A stretch of 64,000 bases of DNA from an uncultured Candidatus Saccharibacteria bacterium (GTDB lineage Bacteria; Patescibacteriota; Minisyncoccia; Phycocordibacterales; UBA9973), in the NCBI GenBank assembly GCA_964634365.1, contig CAZWJU010000003.1, positions 36,890-100,889 of the forward strand, read 5' to 3'. The translations under genes and the position numbers were made by a program. The notes beneath the pieces were generated by a model that was given only the letters and a program-made list of their open reading frames with translations, ran no database searches and was not told the origin of the DNA. Positions 57,295-64,000 of the stretch are shown one piece after another; position 1 is the stretch's first letter; every line of letters begins with the position of its first letter.

Positions 57295-59214
57295 TTATTT
57301 TGTACTTATAGTTAATTGCCATATCTCCTTTTTAGACACAGCAATAATTCCACCTTTTCCCAAATACAACTCCGAAGTCGAATCGACAAATGGCGCAGTA
57401 TCAGGAAATTCTTTTTTAACTTCAATTTTATTTTTTTCTTGCACTACCCGAACAATCCCTTCTTCGGTAGCGACATAGAGTGTATTGGCAACTGCTAAAG
57501 ATCCTCTAATCCTACCAAGCCATGATCCATCACCGGAAAGCGCACTTGCTTCGGCGACTAGCCTGCCTGTTAGATCGAGAACATATGCACGATTTATACG
57601 AAGAGAACCCTCACTGGTAGATATGAAAAACCATATATACTCACCTGAGAATTCACAATTTACATCGATAATTTTACCCTTAATTTTAGGAATCAAAATG
57701 TTGTCATTTATACCAACACCATTTGTATTAAAGATAAAAAATCTTTGTATGTCTTCTCTTCTGTAAAAACCAAAACCAACACGCTCTCCTGACCATATGT
57801 GAGTAGAGTCTTTTAAAACTGACCCTATATATGTTCTGTTCGAAGAACCTAATATTTGATCAATTCTGTATAGAGATCCACCTTCTGTAAAGAAAATATT
57901 ATTGGAGTTTGTGGCAACTGACGGTATGCCATTTGGATTATCGATAGCAAACGCATCTTTCGAACCACTTTTTGAAATAATGTTTATTTCATTGTCTTTT
58001 CCAAAAACAGTTTCTTTGTTGGTTATTCTGTATCTCACTTTAGAATCTTCGGGACCTTGTTTTACAACTGTCTTATCTTCACGAATATATGCATTTCCGT
58101 CATGGTAAAGATAAATCAAGTTTTTGCCATTGTGAGCTGTTCTGAGTATTTTTCCGGTGGTAGAAAATATTTTCTCGGCCACGACAGATCCTCTGATTGT
58201 AGCTACAATAGCTTTCTTTTGTACTCCAAAGCATTCGGGGCACATAGCCCTCGCATGAACTGTTCCACATTTTACGCAAGTCGTGAATCTTAACTCATCT
58301 ATAAATTTAGATGGAAATAATCCACGCTCTTTGTTTGTAAAAGTTTTGTTGAAAAATTCAAGCAAATCATCTGGCAAGTACTCATAATTCCTAGCCTTTT
58401 TGGGATATATAACATCATCTCTAAATATACTGATAGCTTCTATTGGTCTTGTGTGGTGAGCGATTTTTGGTCCAGATTTTGGTCTATAAACACCACCATA
58501 AGGATGCACCGAGAGTAGTGTCTGAAAAAACATTACTGTAAATGCGTACCAGTCGGACAATTCGCCGTGAGGCGATGCTTGAACCAAGTGACTCTTGCCG
58601 TCTGGGCAAAGCTGCGGATGAGTTATGGGATTAGCCAGTATACACAATAATGGGTCAACAAACCTTTCATCGAAAGTAGAGCTTGGAAAACTACCAAATT
58701 GGTAACTATCGGCATCAATAAACCATGGGGTTGTTTTATTTGTAATCAATACATTTAAATCGTTAAAGTCTCCAATAATAATTTTCTTATTATGAAGATC
58801 TGTTACGGTTTTATGCATCAATGCAAAAACTTTTATAAGCCAATCCTCTTCTCTACCAAAAACATAAGATGATGGTTGGCTAAAAGTAAAGATTGGTTCA
58901 GGGTTTTTCAATAAGTCCATCGAATACCCTCTTATTAGACCCTTTGTGTCATAGGCGAGTTCATTTGGGACAATGACATTTTTCGGTAGATTTTTAGGGA
59001 ACAGGCTAAGTTTAGCCTGATGAATTCGCAATCTATCTTCTGCGCCTTTTTGAGCAAATATATTGCCTTGATAATCTATATGATCCTTGCGTTTGAAAAG
59101 TTTCAAAGCCTGACCATTACCAATATCAAATATATCTGCCTCACCCCCTGATCCGATTTGTTTCAGATTTCTTGTTTCAAAATCCTGAGAATTGATAAGA
59201 ATTTTCATAATCAC
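57295..59214 (-). CDS. Ser/Thr protein kinase (YegI-like) with Zn ribbon and beta-rich C-terminus
   Basis: GSGGEA, ALKLF, IGDFNDLNVL, IDADSYQ, HPY, CVKC...CPEC. Confidence 0.88.
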   Translation of the reverse strand: MIMKILINSQDFETRNLKQIGSGGEADIFDIGNGQALKLFKRKDHIDYQGNIFAQKGAEDRLRIHQAKLSLFPKNLPKNVIVPNELAYDTKGLIRGYSMDLLKNPEPIFTFSQPSSYVFGREEDWLIKVFALMHKTVTDLHNKKIIIGDFNDLNVLITNKTTPWFIDADSYQFGSFPSSTFDERFVDPLLCILANPITHPQLCPDGKSHLVQASPHGELSDWYAFTVMFFQTLLSVHPYGGVYRPKSGPKIAHHTRPIEAISIFRDDVIYPKKARNYEYLPDDLLEFFNKTFTNKERGLFPSKFIDELRFTTCVKCGTVHARAMCPECFGVQKKAIVATIRGSVVAEKIFSTTGKILRTAHNGKNLIYLYHDGNAYIREDKTVVKQGPEDSKVRYRITNKETVFGKDNEINIISKSGSKDAFAIDNPNGIPSVATNSNNIFFTEGGSLYRIDQILGSSNRTYIGSVLKDSTHIWSGERVGFGFYRREDIQRFFIFNTNGVGINDNILIPKIKGKIIDVNCEFSGEYIWFFISTSEGSLRINRAYVLDLTGRLVAEASALSGDGSWLGRIRGSLAVANTLYVATEEGIVRVVQEKNKIEVKKEFPDTAPFVDSTSELYLGKGGIIAVSKKEIWQLTISTK

Positions 59215-59231
59215 TTTTTAAAATGTGAATT

Positions 59232-60074
59232 TTATATCCTGCGCAAAACTACCAGAGTAGTGTCGTCTTTCAATAATCCGTGGGCAATACGTGGATGTTT
59301 GTACCCAGTATCAATAACAGCCCTCTCACGATTCATTAAAGCTAACCTACCTCTGATTGCATCAGAATTTTTGAAGAAAATATCCTCTTCCCAAAATTGA
59401 GAGATTGGCCCAACAAGTTTTTCTTGACCAGGCAATCTTTCATTTTCTGAAGAAAGTACATATCTGAGACCATCGCTTGCAATAAGAATACTGTTTATCT
59501 TATCTGTATCGTATTCTAAGACTTTAAATTCTAAGTCGTTTTCTAAAGACAGGGAACTATTTGTCAGAACAAGAGCAGGATAAGGTGGGGCATTATTTTT
59601 AAATGGACCCCAAACAGTGAGCGTGTCGTTTACCGAAGTATAACCATCACCTATTACAAATATATAAGTCTTGGTTTTTGTAACCATAAAACCAATAAGT
59701 GTAAAAGAGAAAAAGTCTCTTACTGTAGACGACATACTACTACTCATACTTAAAGCAAGTACGCGGATATGAGATAAAACATCTTCTCGAACCCTTCTAA
59801 AGAAGGCGGGTTCAGAGTTACCAATTGAGATTGGAAGATATCTTTTGTATTGAGTAATTATTGCATGCAAAAGCAAGTTTACACCTATGTGCGCACCTAC
59901 TTCACTTGCATGCGCCTCAACACTTCCACACCCATCAGCAATTATGCCAATTGAAACATCTTCGTCAGCGTATGTCACATATGCATCTTGATTGTTTTTC
60001 CAGCCAGGACGCCCTGGCATAGTGTGATCTGTACCTGGTACAGACCCCGCTCCAATACAAAATTGTTTTTTCAT
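59232..60074 (-). CDS. PP2C-like protein phosphatase (YegK-like)
   Basis: NQDA, ADGCGS, IGDG, SDGL, DDTT. Confidence 0.88.
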   Translation of the reverse strand: MKKQFCIGAGSVPGTDHTMPGRPGWKNNQDAYVTYADEDVSIGIIADGCGSVEAHASEVGAHIGVNLLLHAIITQYKRYLPISIGNSEPAFFRRVREDVLSHIRVLALSMSSSMSSTVRDFFSFTLIGFMVTKTKTYIFVIGDGYTSVNDTLTVWGPFKNNAPPYPALVLTNSSLSLENDLEFKVLEYDTDKINSILIASDGLRYVLSSENERLPGQEKLVGPISQFWEEDIFFKNSDAIRGRLALMNRERAVIDTGYKHPRIAHGLLKDDTTLVVLRRI

Positions 60075-60103
60075 GAATTTCGTTTTTAGTCTTTATATTC
60101 AAT

Positions 60104-60116
60104 GTTTTCAAAGATC
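60104..60116 (-). promoter_or_regulatory. boxA-like element in the operon leader
   Basis: GATCTTTGAAAAC on the minus strand, between the promoter and the ATG. Confidence 0.4.
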
Positions 60117-60120
60117 TTTT

Positions 60121-60174
60121 TTAGTGTTTTTTATACACTATACTTAGTGTATATTATACACATACAAAAAGCAA
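60121..60174 (-). promoter_or_regulatory. Promoter with two tandem 21-bp NrtR-type operators
   Basis: TTAGTGT-TTTTTAT-ACACTAT (60121-60141) and TTAGTGT-ATATTAT-ACACATA (60144-60164) overlap minus-strand TTGCTT-N17-TACACT. Confidence 0.7.
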
Positions 60175-60180
60175 GCCCTT

Positions 60181-60189
60181 TGTGGATAA
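60181..60189 (-). promoter_or_regulatory. Consensus DnaA box (single)
   Basis: TTATCCACA on the minus strand, just upstream of the -35 element. Confidence 0.4.
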
Positions 60190-60254
60190 CTAAATATCCC
60201 CCACTCAAAACCCATCTGTCGCAAAAAAATACCAAAAATGATATAAATTAAATT

Positions 60255-60965
60255 ATGAAAAACACAAATCAACTGGTTGTCGGCATAGGAGAGGTCGGTA
60301 GTGCTATATCTTTTATATTAAAATCTGATAAACATGATCCTTTCAAAGGAATACAAGCACCGAAAAAGCAGTACGATGTCTTACATATCTGTATACCTTT
60401 CAATTCAAAATTTATAGATGGTGTTAAAAAATACCAAAAAGAATTTAAACCAAAATTCATAGTAATCCACTCCACTGTACCAATCGGAACTTCTAGATCT
60501 CTCGGCGCTACGCACTCACCTGTTCGCGGAGTACACCCTCACATGGTAAAAGGCATAAAAACTTTTGTAAAATTCTTTGGAGGTAAAAACGCAAAAGAAG
60601 CAGCGCAAATATTTGAAAAATGTGGAGTAAAAACACAAATCACTCCAAATTCTGAAACAACAGAAGCCCTAAAGCTTTGGGATACAACACAATACGGCAT
60701 AATGATCACTTTGCAAAAAGAAATCTACGATTATTGCAAGAAGAATAAAATTGATTTTGATATTGTCTATACACTCGGAAACTCTACTTATAACGAAGGG
60801 TACCGAAAACTTGGCAGACCAGAAGTTGCTCGTCCATTCCTAAAACATATGGATGGGCCTATTGGTGGACACTGTGTAATTCCAAACGCTCACTTGATAG
60901 ATTCACCTAGTGCACGCGAACTAATAAAGAAAAATAAAGGCTACGCAAAAAAGAAAACCGCATAA
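60255..60965 (+). CDS. Short UDP-glucose/GDP-mannose dehydrogenase-family protein
   Basis: GIGEVG Rossmann motif, HSTVPIGT, TEALK, IGGHCV; lacks the C-terminal UDP-binding domain. Confidence 0.75.
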   Translation: MKNTNQLVVGIGEVGSAISFILKSDKHDPFKGIQAPKKQYDVLHICIPFNSKFIDGVKKYQKEFKPKFIVIHSTVPIGTSRSLGATHSPVRGVHPHMVKGIKTFVKFFGGKNAKEAAQIFEKCGVKTQITPNSETTEALKLWDTTQYGIMITLQKEIYDYCKKNKIDFDIVYTLGNSTYNEGYRKLGRPEVARPFLKHMDGPIGGHCVIPNAHLIDSPSARELIKKNKGYAKKKTA

Positions 60966-60979
60966 ATGCGGTTTTTTTG

Positions 60980-61690
60980 TTAATTGTCATGCTTTCCATG
61001 AAATCCACTGCCGAGAGCACTAAATAAGTGATTTATTATTAACTCCCCACTCATATAATAATCATCTGTAGTAAAACTACTCCAAGGTTCATGCTCTGGC
61101 TCACACCTTGTATGTTTTACAGTAGTAGATTTTGTAAATGAGTCTAATGTGCTCATATCTCTCACTTCAATTGTAAACCAATATGAATACCTATCTGAAC
61201 TTACATATCCTAAGTTTACCACTCCATCATTTCCGATAGAGATATTGAGTGCCCATGGATACTTGCTCATAGAAAAAGATTTTTTATACTTCAAGACAGA
61301 CCGGACACTTTCCAACAAGTCAGAATACGGAACTTTTTTATAGTCTTTGCTCATGCCCATAAAAACGTCTTCTATTTCATGAGATAAATCCATGTTGCGT
61401 ATTTCGTTCTCTGCCTTTAATCTAAAACTCTCTTCTTCTTGCTGTTCTTCTTTTTTGCGGTCACCTCTTTCTTTGACCTCAGCTTCATTTACAACTTTAT
61501 AGCGTGCTTCAATTTCCTTTTCAATCTTTTTGATTTGTTTTTCAAGTAAATTGAATTTTTTTGTATCATTTTTGGATAAGGCTACGATCTTATCGTTTTC
61601 TTTGACCTGAATACTTCTTTGAAGTTTTTCTATTTTTTCGTCGTACATAACTGTATATTTTTTTGTTAAAGAATTTGTTTCTTCACACAA
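60980..61690 (-). CDS. Hypothetical protein with N-terminal coiled coil
   Basis: K/E-rich helical N-half; start uncertain (61690 or 61648). Confidence 0.55.
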   Translation of the reverse strand: MCEETNSLTKKYTVMYDEKIEKLQRSIQVKENDKIVALSKNDTKKFNLLEKQIKKIEKEIEARYKVVNEAEVKERGDRKKEEQQEEESFRLKAENEIRNMDLSHEIEDVFMGMSKDYKKVPYSDLLESVRSVLKYKKSFSMSKYPWALNISIGNDGVVNLGYVSSDRYSYWFTIEVRDMSTLDSFTKSTTVKHTRCEPEHEPWSSFTTDDYYMSGELIINHLFSALGSGFHGKHDN

Positions 61691-61735
61691 TTTACTCCTG
61701 AACCAAATTTATACAAGCATGTATACTAACCGTTA

Positions 61736-61786
61736 GACAAAACCAAAAAAGCGACCTCCGTAGAGGTCGCTTTTTTGGTTTTGTCT
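61736..61786. terminator. Long intrinsic terminator
   Basis: AGACAAAACCAAAAAAGCGACCTC-CGTA-GAGGTCGCTTTTTTGGTTTTGTCT. Confidence 0.85.
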
Positions 61787-61787
61787 T

Positions 61788-62159
61788 CTAGTACCAAGAC
61801 TCCAGCCACCCTTGCATCATTTCTATTTCGCCTGTTTGAGCTTCGATTATATTCCCCGCTAAATCTATCAATTCAGGGCGCTTTGAAGTGGAGAGTACGA
61901 GCTCTGCCATATCTATCGCTCCCTGATGGTGCACAATCATCTCTTCTAAAAACTCCTGATCAAATTCATCTCCGGTCTTACCAACAAGACCTGCATTCAT
62001 CTCATTCATCATATGATCCATATCCATCATCACTTCTCCGCCAGGCATTCTGTGTACTCCGTTTGTAAGAGATCTGTTACCCATAGTATCTGAACCCCAC
62101 ACGAGCCAGCCTACAAATATTCCAATTGCCAAGAAACCAACGCTAAAATAATTCTTCAT
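61788..62159 (-). CDS. DUF305 (CopM-like) Met/His-rich protein
   Basis: FDQEFLEEMIVHHQGAIDMA...IIEAQTGEIEMM. Confidence 0.9.
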   Translation of the reverse strand: MKNYFSVGFLAIGIFVGWLVWGSDTMGNRSLTNGVHRMPGGEVMMDMDHMMNEMNAGLVGKTGDEFDQEFLEEMIVHHQGAIDMAELVLSTSKRPELIDLAGNIIEAQTGEIEMMQGWLESWY

Positions 62160-62168
62160 ATTTTTAAA

Positions 62169-62534
62169 TTAATTTTTATCAGATTTATAAATATAAAATA
62201 GTGCAAGTGGTGCAGCCCAGTTTGCCCATCTCTCTATGAAATCCCAGATTGGTTCTCCGACAATCGGTCGCAATAGTGCTGTCCAAAGTCCCCACAATGC
62301 CATCCAAAGCAATACTGGTCTAATAGGTTTAATTAGCACCAATACACCCAAGACCACATCCAAGACACCTACGGCGAGCATAATACTTGTAGCTACTCCA
62401 ACTTCTACACCAAGCACTTGCTGTGTCCAAGCTATCCACTGAGCCTTACCCTGTAGAGCAAAAACACCATGACCAATAAACTCTCCAGCGACACCAATTC
62501 TCAAGATCCATTCTATTTTCTTTTGATTGTTCAT
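62169..62534 (-). CDS. DoxX-like membrane protein
   Basis: LRIGVAGEFIGHG, four TM helices, ERWANWAAPLAL. Confidence 0.7.
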   Translation of the reverse strand: MNNQKKIEWILRIGVAGEFIGHGVFALQGKAQWIAWTQQVLGVEVGVATSIMLAVGVLDVVLGVLVLIKPIRPVLLWMALWGLWTALLRPIVGEPIWDFIERWANWAAPLALFYIYKSDKN

Positions 62535-62596
62535 AAAAAATAAAAGTTATTTTTAATAACCTAATTATACCACCACAGCATTATTGGTATATATAG

Positions 62597-63178
62597 TTAT
62601 GAACTTATTTTAGGATTGATTGGATAGGTAAAATCACTTGGCTCGGTTTTGATTATCAAAGCCGGCTTTAGTGACTCGTGAGAGACAAATTGTTCTTCTT
62701 CTGTATTTTCACTGACGGGGACGAAATCTTCTTTTCTAAATAAATACAAATATCCATTGTCCATAACACTACTCAAATCTTGATCTGCAGAAAAATATGG
62801 CACTCTTTTTCCATCTATAAATTTCACTCCAGCACCCCAGTGTATAGTTTTTTTCTGCTCATGTATCTTTTCTCCTGACACAATACTCATATATATAGCA
62901 ATCGCAGGCTCGTCTGTAGCGTATATGGCAAAATGTTCATTTTCTGGAACACCTCTGTCATCTTGAGCTTTTTGCGGCTTAGCTACTTCGAAAAGTTTTG
63001 GTGACCCATGAACAACAAAACCAAGATATATTATATTTTTTAAAAGACTCTCAAGATTTTTTCCTTCTATAAAATTAGAAATTTCATTTCTTTCCACAAC
63101 AGAACCATCGCTGTGTTTTGCAATTAATTCTTGTAAAAAAGACTGGGTTTCTTTTTTCTCGTTTTTCAGTATTTCCAT
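62597..63178 (-). CDS. Hypothetical protein with possible ADP-ribosyltransferase-like fold
   Basis: VHGS...AIYATDEPAIA...GYLYLF...EQFVSHESLKP. Confidence 0.5.
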   Translation of the reverse strand: MEILKNEKKETQSFLQELIAKHSDGSVVERNEISNFIEGKNLESLLKNIIYLGFVVHGSPKLFEVAKPQKAQDDRGVPENEHFAIYATDEPAIAIYMSIVSGEKIHEQKKTIHWGAGVKFIDGKRVPYFSADQDLSSVMDNGYLYLFRKEDFVPVSENTEEEQFVSHESLKPALIIKTEPSDFTYPINPKISS

Positions 63179-63221
63179 ATTTTAGATTATAGCAAAAATC
63201 CCTTTCGGGATTTTTTTGTAT

Positions 63222-63297
63222 TGGGGAGGCTATCGGGAATCGAACCCGAATCGAAGGTTCCACAAACCTCAGTGTTAACCGTTACACCATAGCCTCC
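63222..63297 (-). tRNA. tRNA-His (GUG)
   Basis: GGAGGCTATGGTGTAACGGTTAACACTGAGGTTTGTGGAACCTTCGATTCGGGTTCGATTCCCGATAGCCTCCCCA: cloverleaf, GTG anticodon, encoded G-1, C73 and CCA; terminator at 63194-63217. Confidence 0.97.
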
Positions 63298-63349
63298 ATA
63301 AACACCTGGTGATTAAACCATATTTACACTTATTTTTCAAGGAGAAAAT

Positions 63350-63901
63350 CTATTTATATGACGGATTAATTTCTTCTACCCCAGCTTGATGATTTGCCAA
63401 ACGAGCGAGAGCATAAAATAGACTCGATAGCCTGTTTACATAGGCACAAGTATTTGGACTTATGTTGATAGAATTTTCTTTGGCTCTTAGTACAGATCTT
63501 TCAGCCCGTCTTGTGATAGTGCGTGCCAAATCTGAAAATGCCGCCATCTCTGTACCACCAGATATAAAAAATGTTTTTATTGGGGGCATCATAGCTTCAA
63601 TATCAGAAATTATTTCTTCACACTTTTTTAATTTATCTTCTCCTATGCTCATATCAGAACCCGCCAATTCTGCTTGCACCATAAACAAATTTTCTTGGAC
63701 TTCGTGAATAATCTTTTCTACTGAGATATTATCTTTTATATAAAAATCTTTGGATTTTACTTTCAATATTCCCAAAAAAGAATTTAGTTCGTCTACGGTA
63801 CCAAGTGCCTCAAAAACTGAATGTGTTTTAGAAAGTCTCTCCCCGCTTGGAGTTGTAAAAAGCTTACTTGTTCCATTGTCACCTTTCCCAGTATAGAGCA
63901 T
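63350..63901 (-). CDS. Cob(I)alamin adenosyltransferase, PduO type
   Basis: YTGKGDNGTS, GTVDELNS, ARTITRRAER, YVNRLSSLFYALAR. Confidence 0.93.
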   Translation of the reverse strand: MLYTGKGDNGTSKLFTTPSGERLSKTHSVFEALGTVDELNSFLGILKVKSKDFYIKDNISVEKIIHEVQENLFMVQAELAGSDMSIGEDKLKKCEEIISDIEAMMPPIKTFFISGGTEMAAFSDLARTITRRAERSVLRAKENSINISPNTCAYVNRLSSLFYALARLANHQAGVEEINPSYK

Positions 63902-64000
63902 TATATTTCTTGTTTATTCTTCTTGATTAAAAAGTGTTCAAATAGCTGACTTCCTATTATTGCAACACACAGAAGTAGAATATAACCTAAAAATAAATCT

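Noticed and set aside
60980-63297. tRNA-His-anchored prophage or island
   Set aside because: No integrase and no duplicated tRNA 3' end was noticed.
1-64000. Alternative genetic code (UGA = Gly)
   Set aside because: Housekeeping proteins translate full length in the supplied track with their Gly motifs intact, and TGA ends the 34903-35145 ORF in an ATGA overlap.

Overview
AT-rich chromosomal segment, most likely from a Patescibacteria (CPR, Parcubacteria-like) genome. This placement is an inference from rplK without rplA, an IleRS with an inserted histidine-phosphatase domain, a non-canonical EF-P loop and a Cys-repeat surface protein. Housekeeping genes (ftsK, recA, efp, rpsF-ssb-rpsR, tatD, metG, glyQS, recO, ileS with T-box, argS, secE-nusG-rplK, tRNA-His) alternate with small accessory genes that carry their own promoter and terminator. 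Main observations: (1) a four-gene PP2C / Ser-Thr kinase / nicotinamidase-like / vWA operon (TerY-P-like triad plus an isochorismatase-family amidase) behind two tandem 21-bp GT-N7-AC (NrtR-type) palindromes and a boxA-like element; (2) a C-terminal-HTH gene opposite ftsK that carries 8 exact co-oriented TGTCCTT motifs in all three reading frames; (3) a ~365-nt multi-hairpin leader on the surface-layer-like gene; (4) accessory genes bracketed by sibling terminator hairpins, including a 48-bp direct repeat; (5) heptamer-repeat elements around a four-helix-bundle gene, inside tatD and inside the T-box; (6) a dTTP cluster (dcd, thyX, glyA, tmk) with a DHFR homologue lacking Asp27 and Trp22; (7) many apparently leaderless genes. 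No CRISPR array, integrase, transposase or reverse transcriptase was seen. All calls are from motif reading by eye; no database search or folding program was run.
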